DNA of 64,000 nucleotides from Rickettsiales bacterium (GCA_047404135.1 JBDOIT010000002.1:102320-166319), one strand, 5' to 3'. Counted from the first letter of the stretch, positions 9,712 through 20,811 are shown. Notes: generated by a model from the sequence alone, not told the origin. Numbers and translations are program-made.

Positions 9712-11643
9712 CTAGTCTTTTGAATCTGACAATGCTGGTGCCGACTCCTCTTTAGGGTTCTTTTTAGGCTTTCTACGACCCCTACTTGAAGGTTTCTTCA
9801 CAGCTTTATCATCTTGAGCAACAGGGTTGTGCTCCTCTATCTTAGTAGAGTCCACGTTCTTTTTAGTAGAGCTCTCATCCTTTTTGATGGATTCATTATC
9901 TCGCGCATTATAAGAGTCAGGTTTTTTGTTTTTTCTAAACCTTCTTTCCTTCTTATGATTTTGAGAAGACCTCCTATCTTTCCTACCCGGCTTGTTTTCA
10001 GGCCCATTAAACTCAATAACTTCAACAGCAAAACCATCTAAACTCATCTTTCTATCTTCGTGAAATATAATGGACACAGAATTCTTATTCTCTACATCCT
10101 TCACATCTTCACGCTTGTGATTCAGTATATAGAATACAGTTTCAGAGGATGCAAAGATATTGACCTTAGAGGTTTTATCTGTAATCTCTCCTGATACTGT
10201 TTTGAGGATTGTGTTGGCATTAGAATTATGTGACCTCACAACTCCCTTGCCGTTACAATGCTGACAAAGAATAGTATTAGCCTCCAAGAAATTGGGTTTT
10301 AGCCTTTGCCTGGAAACCTCTAACAAGCCCAAACTACTAATGCTTCCTACTTGAACTTTTGCCTTATCTTTATAGAGAAGATCTTTTAAAACTTTTTCTA
10401 CAAGCCTCTTATTCTTTGTTTCCATCATATCGATGAAATCAATGACTATAATCCCCGATAGATCTCTCAATCTAATCTGCCTTACTACTTCCCTCGCTGC
10501 GTCCACATTTGTATTAACAGCCATCTTCTCAATATTTTTATCACCGGTAGATTTACCAGAATTCACATCAATAGCTATAAGAGCTTCAGTCGGGTTAATC
10601 ACTATATAAGCACCGGATTCCGTATATGCCACAGGGTTGTATAAACTTAGTATTTGCTCATCAATCTTATATTTATTAAAAATCGGCACTTTATCCTGAT
10701 AAGGAATAATGTTTATTTCGTCCTCAGAAGACATATTCTTTACTACATCCTTCATCTCTTGAAAAGCATCCTTCCCATCAATTACAATACTGTCTACCGA
10801 GTTATCATATAGATCTCTAATAACGCGCTTGAATACACTATCTTCAGAATGAATAAATGCAGGAGCATTAGATACAAGAGTCTTCTCTCTTATATTATTC
10901 CATAATTTTACCAGATAGTTATAATCTTTCTCGATATTATCTTTGCTTCTACCCATCCCTATAGTTCGTATAATAACGCCCACAGGGTTTGCTTCGCTGA
11001 CTTCCTCTACGATTGCTTTTAATCTGCGACGCTCCTCTGTATCTTCAATTTTCTTAGATACACCACCTTTGGATCCACTATTAGGCATAATCACACAGCA
11101 TCTACCAGCAAGAGATATATAAGTAGTAAACGCAGCACCCTTGTTGCCTCTTTCCTCTTTGATGGCTTGAACTAGAAGTATTTGATTACGCTTAATAACT
11201 TCTTGTATCTTATACTTATCTACGTTTTTCTTTTTGATTACTTCAATGTCTTGCTCATCAGAGCTTTGATCTTCCGTATATCCATCTTCAAGAATCTCAT
11301 CAACCACTACATCTAAGTCTAGCTTACCTGAATCTCCTTTTTCTTCTGCCTTTATCTCTTCCTCAAAAACCTCTGCTGAATCTTCTTTATATTTGGATGG
11401 GATATCGTAATAATCCGAATGAATCTCAGCGAATGGCACAAAACCATTCCTTTCACCACCATAGTCAACAAAAGCAGCTTGCAGGGATGGTTCAACCCTT
11501 GTCACTTTAGCAAGGTATATATTACCCTTGATCATTTTTTTGGAGTTTGTGGTAGAGTCTAGATCTACCAGCTTGTTTTTATCAACAACCGCTATTTGAG
11601 CACTTTCTGCATAAGAAGCGTCAATTAGTATTTTTTTACTCAT
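9712..11643 (-). CDS. rne: ribonuclease E/G family endoribonuclease
   Basis: About 643 aa with an N-terminal S1 domain (GNIYLAKVTRVEPSLQAAFVDYG), a catalytic core (IDVNSGK...) and a K/R-rich C-terminal tail. The start is set at the second Met (MSKKILID); the ORF track begins 12 nt upstream. Confidence 0.92.
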   Translation of the reverse strand: MSKKILIDASYAESAQIAVVDKNKLVDLDSTTNSKKMIKGNIYLAKVTRVEPSLQAAFVDYGGERNGFVPFAEIHSDYYDIPSKYKEDSAEVFEEEIKAEEKGDSGKLDLDVVVDEILEDGYTEDQSSDEQDIEVIKKKNVDKYKIQEVIKRNQILLVQAIKEERGNKGAAFTTYISLAGRCCVIMPNSGSKGGVSKKIEDTEERRRLKAIVEEVSEANPVGVIIRTIGMGRSKDNIEKDYNYLVKLWNNIREKTLVSNAPAFIHSEDSVFKRVIRDLYDNSVDSIVIDGKDAFQEMKDVVKNMSSEDEINIIPYQDKVPIFNKYKIDEQILSLYNPVAYTESGAYIVINPTEALIAIDVNSGKSTGDKNIEKMAVNTNVDAAREVVRQIRLRDLSGIIVIDFIDMMETKNKRLVEKVLKDLLYKDKAKVQVGSISSLGLLEVSRQRLKPNFLEANTILCQHCNGKGVVRSHNSNANTILKTVSGEITDKTSKVNIFASSETVFYILNHKREDVKDVENKNSVSIIFHEDRKMSLDGFAVEVIEFNGPENKPGRKDRRSSQNHKKERRFRKNKKPDSYNARDNESIKKDESSTKKNVDSTKIEEHNPVAQDDKAVKKPSSRGRRKPKKNPKEESAPALSDSKD

Positions 11644-11939
11644 AATATTTCCCACTTACTGAGGCAAGTAGACAATATCCTTAGGAACAACAAGGAGAAC
11701 AGAATTCATGATAGAAAATTTGGGGCGAGATACACCAACCCGACTTCTTAAAAAAAACACTTATAATGCTCATAAAACTCCTTATTCTTCTAACAATATT
11801 TGACTACAAAGCCAACTTTAATAATTTCTCATCCTGCATTATACACTATACCCCTCCAATATTCTACTATATTTTCATTTTATATTTTGCTATTGTCTTG
11901 CAGGAATACTTTTCTTTATTGGCAATTAACTGCGTGTTT

Positions 11940-12797
11940 ATGACAGATATCGACTCAAAAAACAGACTCTCTGATGCGTCGGATTGGTTTAAAAATCTAA
12001 AAAACTTAATATGCAAAGAATTCGAATGTATTGAGCGAGAATTTTCAGAGCAATACCGAGGCAAAGAGCCCGGATCCTTTAAAACCAGTGCATGGAACTA
12101 CAAACAAGGATCCGGTGGTGGAGAAATAAACTTGATGAATGGACGAGTTTTCGAAAAAGTTGGAGTTGTAATCTCAAAAATTACAGATGGTAAATTCACT
12201 CCAGAACTTAGAGACCAAATCCCCGGAACAGAGAATAAGAATGGATTTCAGTCATGCGGAATCTCCTTAGTTTCACATATGCATTCCCCTCTAGTACCAG
12301 CTGTACATATGAATACTAGGTTCATTAAAACTGGGAAAGAGTGGTTTGGAGGAGGTGCAGACTTAAACCCAGCAGAAGAAAACAAATCTGATACAGTTTT
12401 TTTTCATAAGAATTTCAAAGAAATGTGCAATTTATACGATAAAAATTACTACCCAAAATTCAAATCCTGGTGTGATGAATATTTTTTTATAAAGCACAGA
12501 AACGAACCAAGGGGAGTTGGGGGGATATTTTATGACTATCTTGACACCTACGATTTTGAAAAAACATTCAACTTCACACAAGATGTAGGAAAAACATTCT
12601 TAAAAACATATTCTGCAATAGTCAGGAAGCATATGAATAAACAATGGACAGCAGATCAGAAAAAAGTTCAACTATTCAAAAGAGGTAGATATGCAGAATT
12701 CAACCTTCTATACGATAGAGGAACAAAATTCGGACTATTAAGTGGAGGAAATCCTGACTCTATATTCATTTCAATGCCCCCTATGGCAAGCTGGTAA
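11940..12797 (+). CDS. hemF: oxygen-dependent coproporphyrinogen III oxidase
   Basis: Motifs GGGEINLM, VHMNTRF and WFGGGADLNP are present. The ORF-track start (11766) adds 58 implausible residues; the internal ATG at 11940 (MTDIDSKN...) gives the normal length. Confidence 0.9.
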   Translation: MTDIDSKNRLSDASDWFKNLKNLICKEFECIEREFSEQYRGKEPGSFKTSAWNYKQGSGGGEINLMNGRVFEKVGVVISKITDGKFTPELRDQIPGTENKNGFQSCGISLVSHMHSPLVPAVHMNTRFIKTGKEWFGGGADLNPAEENKSDTVFFHKNFKEMCNLYDKNYYPKFKSWCDEYFFIKHRNEPRGVGGIFYDYLDTYDFEKTFNFTQDVGKTFLKTYSAIVRKHMNKQWTADQKKVQLFKRGRYAEFNLLYDRGTKFGLLSGGNPDSIFISMPPMASW

Positions 12798-12801
12798 TAA
12801 T

Positions 12802-13509
12802 ATGGAAACACCAGAAGAATACCCTGAACACATAGCAATAATAATGGATGGAAATGGAAGGTGGGCAAAATCAAAGAAGCTCCCTGTTGCCATGGGGCAC
12901 AAGAAAGGCGCTGAATCTGCTAGAAAAATTATCACTGCAGCTCAAAAAAAAGGGATACGATATCTGACCTTATATGCCTTTTCTTCAGAAAACTGGAATA
13001 GACCACAAAAGGAAATAGACAACTTAATGAAGCTACTTGAGTATTATTTACGTACAGAAAAAAAGTCCTTAGACAAAAGCAATATCAAGATACGTGTCAT
13101 AGGTAATTTAGAAAAAATACCGGCGTCTTTAAGAAGTAGCGTCAAGGAAGCCAAGAAAAAAACATCCTCTAACACAGGGATGTCACTAATTATTGCTCTA
13201 AGCTATGGCGGAAGGCAAGAAATAGTTGATGCAACCAAAAGCATACTCTTAGCTCAGAAAAAGGGAGAACTCTCCATAGAAGATATCAACGAAAAAACCT
13301 TTACTTCATTTTTATATACAGCTAAGATTCCTGATCCTGACTTACTTATTAGAACAAGCGGAGAGCTTAGAATTAGCAATTTTTTATTATGGCAGTCCGC
13401 TTACACAGAATTTTACTTCACACCAGTGAGCTGGCCTGACTTTAAAGAAGAAAACTTCGAAGATGCACTTTCGCACTTCAAATTAAGAAAAAGGAACTAT
13501 GGCAAATAA
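12802..13509 (+). CDS. uppS: di-trans,poly-cis-undecaprenyl-diphosphate synthase
   Basis: Motifs HIAIIMDGNGRWA and RTSGE.R.SNFLLWQ.AY.E are present. The start is moved to ATG 12802, just after the hemF stop. Confidence 0.95.
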   Translation: METPEEYPEHIAIIMDGNGRWAKSKKLPVAMGHKKGAESARKIITAAQKKGIRYLTLYAFSSENWNRPQKEIDNLMKLLEYYLRTEKKSLDKSNIKIRVIGNLEKIPASLRSSVKEAKKKTSSNTGMSLIIALSYGGRQEIVDATKSILLAQKKGELSIEDINEKTFTSFLYTAKIPDPDLLIRTSGELRISNFLLWQSAYTEFYFTPVSWPDFKEENFEDALSHFKLRKRNYGK

Positions 13510-14182
13510 AACATTCTTTAATATAGACTTATTTACAAGAATACTAACTTCTCTAATACTGGGGCCAATAGTTCTGCTGATAGCATATGAAGGAGGATTA
13601 GCGCTAAAATTTGCCATCTTATTAGTTGCGACCTTAATGTCCTTTGAGTGGAATAAAATTACAGCAAAGTCTGGTTCATCGAAACACCCGGCTTTATGGA
13701 AAATAATTGGGATGTTTTATATAGCAATACCATGCACCGCAATTCTATTCATCTCCGAGCAAACACATGGAAATAAAATACTAATATGGCTATTACTAAC
13801 CGTATGGTCAGCTGATACATCCGCTTTCTTCTCAGGAAAATTAATAGGCGGACCTAAACTTGCACCAAAAATTAGTCCCAATAAAACTTGGGCAGGGTTT
13901 TTAAGCAGCGTCTCTCTTTCTTATTTTGTTGGCCTACAATCCGTACACTTCCTAGACCCACAACACCCACGTATATTAATTGCACTTACCATGACTCTAA
14001 CCGTCTATGCGCAAATTGGAGACTTAGTAGAGTCTTGGATAAAAAGAAGATTTTCTACAAAAGATTCAGGGAGAGCAATTCCAGGGCACGGAGGCATCTT
14101 GGACAGAGTAGATGGGATAGTCTTAACAGCACCTAAAGTTGCTTTCGTTGTATTCTATTATAATGTATTCTTCCAACAATGA
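13499..14182 (+). CDS. cdsA: phosphatidate cytidylyltransferase
   Basis: 227-aa polytopic protein with the C-terminal signature SW.KR....KDSG..IPGHGGILDR.D. Confidence 0.92.
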   Translation: MANKTFFNIDLFTRILTSLILGPIVLLIAYEGGLALKFAILLVATLMSFEWNKITAKSGSSKHPALWKIIGMFYIAIPCTAILFISEQTHGNKILIWLLLTVWSADTSAFFSGKLIGGPKLAPKISPNKTWAGFLSSVSLSYFVGLQSVHFLDPQHPRILIALTMTLTVYAQIGDLVESWIKRRFSTKDSGRAIPGHGGILDRVDGIVLTAPKVAFVVFYYNVFFQQ

Positions 14183-15330
14183 TAAAGCTTAGTATATTCG
14201 GATCTACTGGATCTATTGGCGAACAAGCATTAGACATACTATCAAAATCAAAAAAAGGAGCTTTTAAAATACTTGCCCTTACCGCAAACTCAAACCACAA
14301 AAAACTAGCCGAACAAGCCTTAACCTTCAAAGCTAAATACGCAGTTATAAAAGACAAAACTAAATATTTAGAGTTAAAAGAATCATTAAGTGGAACTGAC
14401 ATTGAGGTTTTATCCGGAAACGAAGGAATAAACAAAGTGGCCTCTTTAGATAACGAAAAGGTAGTTGCGGGGATAAGCGGATCTGCAGGACTTGAATCCA
14501 CCTATATAGCGCTGAAGAATGGAGCGGATGTATTATTCGCCAATAAAGAAAGCTTAGTATGCGCAGGACAATTACTGAAAGACGCAGAAAAAGAAGGAAA
14601 CTCAAAGCTCATCCCATTAGATTCGGAGCATAATGCTATTTTCCAAGTATTCGAAAAGCACAACAGGGAGGCAATCAACAAAATAATACTTACAGCATCA
14701 GGTGGGCCTTTTAGAACTTTTTCTACAGAGGACCTTAAAAATGTTACTCCTGAGCAGGCGTTAAACCACCCAAACTGGGTAATGGGTAAAAAAGTTACAA
14801 TAGATTGCTCCACCCTATTCAACAAAGGCTTAGAATTAATAGAAGCCTACCATCTATTTGATATTCCTTTAGAGGATATAGATGTAATAGTACACCCACA
14901 ATCCACAGTTCACAGCATGGTTACCTATAATGATGGCAGCACCTTAGCCCAACTAGGTCCTCCAGACATGAGAATACCTATCACACATGGGCTCTATTGG
15001 CCTTCTAGATACAATGGCAGAAGCATAGTCAAGCCTTTGGATTTTTCTAAGGTAAAATCTTTGGATTTTGAAGAGCCAAAACATGATTTATTCCCATCTA
15101 TAAATCTATGCAGGCACGCAGTTAAACTAGGAAAAAGCTACCCTGCCGCACTAAACGCAGCAAATGAAGTCGCAGTAGATCTATTCTTAAAAGGTCAGAT
15201 AAAATTCTTAGATATATTTAAACTAGTTGAATCGTATCTGGACTCACATCAACCTAGTGAGGTAAAATCCATAGAGGAGTTGCTTGAGTTGGATACGGAG
15301 ATGAAAACAACACTCAAGAAAAGACTTTGA
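14179..15330 (+). CDS. dxr: 1-deoxy-D-xylulose 5-phosphate reductoisomerase
   Basis: 383 aa with GSTGSIG, ANKE, DSEHNAIFQ and NHPNW.MG.K.T.D motifs. Confidence 0.96.
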   Translation: MIKLSIFGSTGSIGEQALDILSKSKKGAFKILALTANSNHKKLAEQALTFKAKYAVIKDKTKYLELKESLSGTDIEVLSGNEGINKVASLDNEKVVAGISGSAGLESTYIALKNGADVLFANKESLVCAGQLLKDAEKEGNSKLIPLDSEHNAIFQVFEKHNREAINKIILTASGGPFRTFSTEDLKNVTPEQALNHPNWVMGKKVTIDCSTLFNKGLELIEAYHLFDIPLEDIDVIVHPQSTVHSMVTYNDGSTLAQLGPPDMRIPITHGLYWPSRYNGRSIVKPLDFSKVKSLDFEEPKHDLFPSINLCRHAVKLGKSYPAALNAANEVAVDLFLKGQIKFLDIFKLVESYLDSHQPSEVKSIEELLELDTEMKTTLKKRL

Positions 15331-15826
15331 CTACTTAACCTTTTTGCTTTCACTGGGCCTGGTACTGTTTTTTCTAATAGACCACCACAATATACAAAGA
15401 GACGGAAGGTATGCTTGATACATAACTACTATTATATCTACCCAAAATTTAACCAGTGCCCTGTATTTACCAAACATACGCCATATAGAGCATTGCTCTC
15501 ATCGCCACAACCTTCTGCTGATCCTCGATTAGTAATGATTGGACTTTTAGGTACCAGAGATGCAATAGAAGAGCTTTATTACTATACACAACTAGATAAC
15601 CACTATGAGCCTGTCCAATTCACACTGATTGGAATCTTTCATGTAAGCGTTTAAATGAATGCACGCCAGAAGATAACTTTCCTCATCAGAAAACTAAGCT
15701 ATAGTTATAAAATTCTACATAATATAAAAACAGCTTCTTGAGTAGTCTGTATTAATAAAAATATTGCTCTCTTGCAAATTTCTCTAGTTGTTATATCCTT
15801 GCCCAGTCAATAATTATTTTCTGTAA

Positions 15827-16912
15827 ATGGCCTACGATTTTCTTCACGCAGTACTGGCTTTCATACTCACGATCACTATCGTGGTTTTCATACATGAATT
15901 AGGCCATTATTTAGTAGCTAAATTCAATGGGGTGAAAGTCACAGACTTCTCTGTTGGAATGGGTCCCAAGTTACTCTCATGGAAAGATAGGTCTGGTACT
16001 GAATGGAAAATATGTGCTATTCCTATCGGAGGATATGTAAAATTTTTAGGAGACACAGGCCCAACAAGCAGTTCATCTACCACACTAAAGGGGTCAGAAA
16101 AAAAACAGGCTTTCCATACTAAATCTCTTTTCGCCAAATCAATGGTTGTAGTTGCGGGACCATTGGCCAATTTCCTTCTTGGGATGCTCATACTTACTTA
16201 TTTTGCCTTTACCTATGGTCAAATGACTTCTTCTACTGAGATCAAAGATGTCTCCCCTAACACTCCAGCTTCAAGGATTGGTCTTCGTGCAGGAGATAAA
16301 ATCACTTCTATTGATGGACAAAAAACTTCATCCTTCCAAGATGTAGCTGGATATATAACTCTTCACCCTAACATAGAAGTAAAACTTACCTTTGAACGAA
16401 ACAACCAAGTGTTTGAAAGAAAGGTAACTCCGGGTTCACGACCTATAAAAGACACGCTAGGTCAGGACACAAAAATTGGCTATCTTGGCGTAATGTTTGC
16501 AGCTCCTACCCATAAAACACTCTCTTTGACGGAATCTATCGCAACTGGTTACAAAGAAACCGTAAGAATAACAACGCTAACTCTAAAAGCCATAAGCCAA
16601 ATCGTTACCGGAAAAAGAGGAACGAAAGAATTGGGTGGACCAATAAAAATTGCTCGATATGCAAACTCTTCTATGGCGCAAGGATTTGCTGGAATGTTAT
16701 TTTTTATCAGTATGATCTCTATAAATCTTGGACTAATTAACCTATTGCCCATACCTCCATTAGATGGGGGACACCTATTTCTTTACACCACAGAGGCACT
16801 TCTCGGCAAAAAGATTGCGGAATATATACAAAAATATACCATCAAAATTGGGTTTATACTCATCTTAGGATTAATGTTGCTTGCAATAACCAATGATATT
16901 ATTTATTTTTAG
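15827..16912 (+). CDS. rseP: RIP zinc metalloprotease RseP
   Basis: 361 aa with an HELGH zinc motif in TM1, a PDZ segment, and a C-terminal NLLPIPPLDGG motif. Confidence 0.94.
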   Translation: MAYDFLHAVLAFILTITIVVFIHELGHYLVAKFNGVKVTDFSVGMGPKLLSWKDRSGTEWKICAIPIGGYVKFLGDTGPTSSSSTTLKGSEKKQAFHTKSLFAKSMVVVAGPLANFLLGMLILTYFAFTYGQMTSSTEIKDVSPNTPASRIGLRAGDKITSIDGQKTSSFQDVAGYITLHPNIEVKLTFERNNQVFERKVTPGSRPIKDTLGQDTKIGYLGVMFAAPTHKTLSLTESIATGYKETVRITTLTLKAISQIVTGKRGTKELGGPIKIARYANSSMAQGFAGMLFFISMISINLGLINLLPIPPLDGGHLFLYTTEALLGKKIAEYIQKYTIKIGFILILGLMLLAITNDIIYF

Positions 16913-16916
16913 GCAC

Positions 16917-19253
16917 ATGTATAAAATATTCACTTCAACATTATCAAGATTTCTTCTAACTCTTATTGTAGTATCAGCACTTTATATAACCGAGCTTTCT
17001 AATGCTGAAACAAGCTCTGGAAATATAGATTCTATAGCAATTACTGGAAACCATAGAACAGAGAAGTCTACAATTCTATCTTATACATCCTTTAAAAAAG
17101 GAAAAGGATATAGCAAAAAAGAATCTGATGAAGCTATAAAAGATCTTTATAACACAGGATTCTTCTCCAAAATCAACATAAATTTCAATAACGGAAAACT
17201 GCTAATATCCGTTATAGAGAACCCAATAATAAACAAAGTTGATTTCAGAGGTAACAAGGCCTTAAAGACAGACAAGTTATCTCAAGAGCTATCTTCAAAA
17301 AGTAGAGCTTTCTTTTCCAAGTCAAAGCTGAATAGTGACATAAATAGAATTCTTGACCTATATAATAAATCCGGGCGTTTCTCCTCTAAAATCAGACCTC
17401 AGATAGCAACCCTTCCTCAGAACAGAGTAAATATACTGTTCAATATCGAAGAGGGCAAGAAGTCAGTAATTAAAAAAATCATCTTCATAGGAAATAAAAA
17501 ATTCTCAGACGGGAGGCTGAAATCCACACTAATGTCTAAAGAAGATAAAATATACAACATGTTTAGGGCTAATTATTATGATGCTGACATCGTAGACTAT
17601 GATAAAATATTGCTTGCAAAGTTCTACCATTCAGAAGGTTACGCAAACTTCAAGGTGATATCTGCTACAGCAGATATAGCACAAGGCAGGAATGGATTCC
17701 TCCTTACGTACTCTATTGAAGAAGGGGATATATATAAATTTGGAAAAATCTCTATACAAAACAAAGTAAAGCAGATAAAAGACAAAACGCTTCTAGAAAA
17801 GATCGCTTCAAAGAATGGAGATGTATTTAATTCTAAATTAGTGGATAATAGCACAGAAACCATCGCAAAATACCTGGCTGTAAACGGGTATCCTTTTGTA
17901 GATGTAACAGCAAAATACAACATAGACAAAAAGAAAAAAATAGTGAACATCGAGTATGTTACCTCTGAGGCTAAAAAGGTCTATGTTGGCAGGATAAATA
18001 TAAAAGGTAATTTAAAAACTTATGACAGAGTTATAAGAAGAGAGGTTAGATTATCCGAAGGAGATCCATATAATTTCTTTCTGATTACCAACTCCGAAAA
18101 AAGATTACAAGATCTGGATTTCTTTGAAAAAGTAACAATTGAAACAAAGAAATCAAAAAATCCGGACGCAGTTGATCTTGATGTATCTATTGTAGAAAAA
18201 TCTACAGCATCTATTAATATATCTGCGGGTTATTCTACATCAGATGGCCCTTTAGCAATGCTTGGATTTACAGAGAAAAACTTATTTGGACAAGGAAAGA
18301 GACTGAATCTTCAACTTCAGAAATCCCCATCAAGTTCAAATCTTGGCTTTGGTCTTACTCAGCCTAATTTCTTGCAAAGTTCAATTGACGCTGGGTTCAG
18401 CATGAAACACTCCACACAAGATAACAAAACATCCTCACTTGGTGCGCAATCTAATACTCTTCCTTACAACTCTAGCCATAAATCAGCATCTGTATTTATA
18501 AACTATGAAATAACAGAAGGATTATCTCATAACGTCACATACTCCATGGCGAGTAATACAATAAAAGACTTAGATACTAACTCTGCATCCATATTCCAAG
18601 AGCAATCTGGTAAAAACACTATATCCTCTATTGGACATAATTTATTCTATGATAAAACTGATAGTGCAACTAACCCAACAAAAGGTTATGCCGTCAGTTT
18701 TGGACAATCCCTTTCGGGTCTTGGAGGAGATTCTAAATATATAAAACATTCCTTGGAAGCATCATATTATACACCAATAACACGAGACATTGTGTTAAAG
18801 TTTTCTGCATCCGCGGGTAATATAAAAGGCCTTGGAAAGTCTGTAAGACTAGATGAAAATTTCCAACTAGGAGAATATTCTCTCAGGGGCTTTGATTGCT
18901 CCGGTGTCGGCCCTAGGCATAAAGTTGGAGCAGAAGGTGCATTAGGTGGAAAAAGTTTCTATACTGGTACAATAGAAGCAAAATTCCCTATACCTGGACT
19001 CCCAAAAGATGCTGATGTTTTTGGATCTGTATTTTCTGACTTCGGTACCTTATGGGGTGTCGATATACCTAAGAACTCAGCGTATACAAGATCTGAATTT
19101 AATCATGATAGATCCATCAGATCTTCTGCGGGCCTTGGTATTATTTGGATAACAAATATGGGGCCATTGAGAATTGACTACGCAAAAGCCTTAAAGAAAC
19201 AGAAGTATGATAAAACCAGAAATTTATTATTCTCCTTCTCAACGTTATTCTAA
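16917..19253 (+). CDS. bamA: outer membrane protein assembly factor BamA
   Basis: About 778 aa with a signal peptide, POTRA repeats and a C-terminal beta-barrel ending ...FSFSTLF. The start is taken at ATG 16917, after the rseP stop. Confidence 0.93.
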   Translation: MYKIFTSTLSRFLLTLIVVSALYITELSNAETSSGNIDSIAITGNHRTEKSTILSYTSFKKGKGYSKKESDEAIKDLYNTGFFSKININFNNGKLLISVIENPIINKVDFRGNKALKTDKLSQELSSKSRAFFSKSKLNSDINRILDLYNKSGRFSSKIRPQIATLPQNRVNILFNIEEGKKSVIKKIIFIGNKKFSDGRLKSTLMSKEDKIYNMFRANYYDADIVDYDKILLAKFYHSEGYANFKVISATADIAQGRNGFLLTYSIEEGDIYKFGKISIQNKVKQIKDKTLLEKIASKNGDVFNSKLVDNSTETIAKYLAVNGYPFVDVTAKYNIDKKKKIVNIEYVTSEAKKVYVGRINIKGNLKTYDRVIRREVRLSEGDPYNFFLITNSEKRLQDLDFFEKVTIETKKSKNPDAVDLDVSIVEKSTASINISAGYSTSDGPLAMLGFTEKNLFGQGKRLNLQLQKSPSSSNLGFGLTQPNFLQSSIDAGFSMKHSTQDNKTSSLGAQSNTLPYNSSHKSASVFINYEITEGLSHNVTYSMASNTIKDLDTNSASIFQEQSGKNTISSIGHNLFYDKTDSATNPTKGYAVSFGQSLSGLGGDSKYIKHSLEASYYTPITRDIVLKFSASAGNIKGLGKSVRLDENFQLGEYSLRGFDCSGVGPRHKVGAEGALGGKSFYTGTIEAKFPIPGLPKDADVFGSVFSDFGTLWGVDIPKNSAYTRSEFNHDRSIRSSAGLGIIWITNMGPLRIDYAKALKKQKYDKTRNLLFSFSTLF

Positions 19254-19256
19254 GAT

Positions 19257-19781
19257 ATGAAAAATTTATTTATTGCACTTTCAATATTGTTTTATTTCTC
19301 ATACTCTTCTGCAGATCAAGTTATCTCTACGCTAGATGTAGACAAAGTAATCACTAGTTCAGATTCTTACACTCATTTTAAAGCTTCCTGGGACAAGGAT
19401 AATGCAAAATACAAAAAAGAATTAGAGAGTTATGAATCTAAGATGATAGATCTAGATAAACAAATAATCTCACAAACTGGCTCCGTAGGTACTACAGAAC
19501 TAGAAAAGATGAAAAGGAAATTAGAGCAATATGAAACAGCTATACAGAGATTAGTTGTAGATAGAAAAAACAAACTTGATTCATCATTTTCTAAAGCTAT
19601 ATTCGAAATAAAATCTACATTGTTGCATTTAGTAGCGAGCTACTCACAAAAAAATGGGATATCTATGGTTCTACCAAAATCACAAGTAGTATATAATGAT
19701 AACATGTCTGATATAACGGATAAAATTTTAGCAGCCCTTAATTCTGAATTAAAGAGAGTATCTTCACATGGAAATATCTAA
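19257..19781 (+). CDS. skp: OmpH/Skp family periplasmic chaperone
   Basis: 174 aa with a signal peptide and a coiled-coil K/E-rich body. Sits in the conserved bamA-skp-lpxD position. Confidence 0.8.
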   Translation: MKNLFIALSILFYFSYSSADQVISTLDVDKVITSSDSYTHFKASWDKDNAKYKKELESYESKMIDLDKQIISQTGSVGTTELEKMKRKLEQYETAIQRLVVDRKNKLDSSFSKAIFEIKSTLLHLVASYSQKNGISMVLPKSQVVYNDNMSDITDKILAALNSELKRVSSHGNI

Positions 19782-20811
19782 TCATTTCTATACCCCAAAG
19801 ACTCTATCCTTACTATCTATATCTAAACATATAGATTCTACCCTTTATCAAAATGGAGAAAAGATTTCTATATCTGATAGTATAAAAGTCAAGGGTATCG
19901 GAGATATCTCTACAGGAACTAAAGAGCAAATTGGATTTATTGAGTCAAAGAAGTATCTGAAGTTTTTAGGTGATACAGACCTACTTGCCTGCATCACTTC
20001 CATATCGGCATTAGAGTTTGCTCCCAAAGATTTGATCTTACTAGTGGTAGAAAATCCAGGTGTACAATATGCTAAAGCTTCCACGTTGCTATACCCCACC
20101 CCATCTCCATCAAAACCACAAAGCAAAAATTATTACATCTCACCCACTGCTGTCCTAGGAAAAGGGTCTGAAATAGATTTTGGATGCTATATAGGAGAAA
20201 ATGTAGTAATAGGAGATAATGTAAAAATTCATCCAAACACTTATATAGGTGGCAATGTTAAGATAGGCAGCAACTGCATTATTTATAGCAATGTCACGAT
20301 ACAATGCAGCATCATAGGGAATAATGCAATTATTCATCCTGGTGCTCAAATAGGCCAAGATGGATTTGGTTATAAAACAGAACATGGAAAACATATAAAA
20401 GTTCCACAGATAGGAAATGTTTTAATCGGAAATAGAGTGGAAATTGGCTCTAATACATGCATAGATCGGGGCACAATAACCAGCACAATAATCAAAGATG
20501 AGTGTAAGCTTGATAATATGGTGCAAATAGGACATAATGTTGAGCTTGGCAAAGGGTGTATTATTGTATCTCACGTTGGGATTGCTGGAAGCACTAAGCT
20601 CGGTGACTATGTGGTTGTAGCTGGACAAACTGGAATTACAGATCACTTAAAAATAGCTGACCATGTGCAAATTGGTGTTGACTCTACTGTTACTACAGAT
20701 ATAACAGAAAAAGGTCAAGTAGTAATGGGATATCCAGCAAAGCCACGAAGGCAATTCTGGAAACAGGAACTTTTACTAAAAAAAATGTTAAACAATAAAT
20801 TAAAAAAATGA
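19768..20811 (+). CDS. lpxD: UDP-3-O-acylglucosamine N-acyltransferase
   Basis: 347 aa with left-handed beta-helix hexapeptide repeats and the ...VMGYPAKP tail. Confidence 0.93.
   Translation: MEISNHFYTPKTLSLLSISKHIDSTLYQNGEKISISDSIKVKGIGDISTGTKEQIGFIESKKYLKFLGDTDLLACITSISALEFAPKDLILLVVENPGVQYAKASTLLYPTPSPSKPQSKNYYISPTAVLGKGSEIDFGCYIGENVVIGDNVKIHPNTYIGGNVKIGSNCIIYSNVTIQCSIIGNNAIIHPGAQIGQDGFGYKTEHGKHIKVPQIGNVLIGNRVEIGSNTCIDRGTITSTIIKDECKLDNMVQIGHNVELGKGCIIVSHVGIAGSTKLGDYVVVAGQTGITDHLKIADHVQIGVDSTVTTDITEKGQVVMGYPAKPRRQFWKQELLLKKMLNNKLKK

Noticed and set aside
11766-11939. Long N-terminal extensions implied by ORF-track starts for hemF. The same issue affects uppS (12742), rimP (6205), hemA (24665), bamA (16893), the dioxygenase-fold gene (48550) and the twin-TM gene (42300).
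   Set aside because: The extensions overlap upstream genes or add non-homologous residues. Internal ATGs reproduce canonical N-termini, so the starts were trimmed.
15415-15654. A 79-aa TTG-initiated ORF in the dxr-rseP gap.
   Set aside because: It has a non-ATG start, no Shine-Dalgarno sequence, odd Tyr-rich composition and no recognisable motif. I kept it only as part of the spacer finding.
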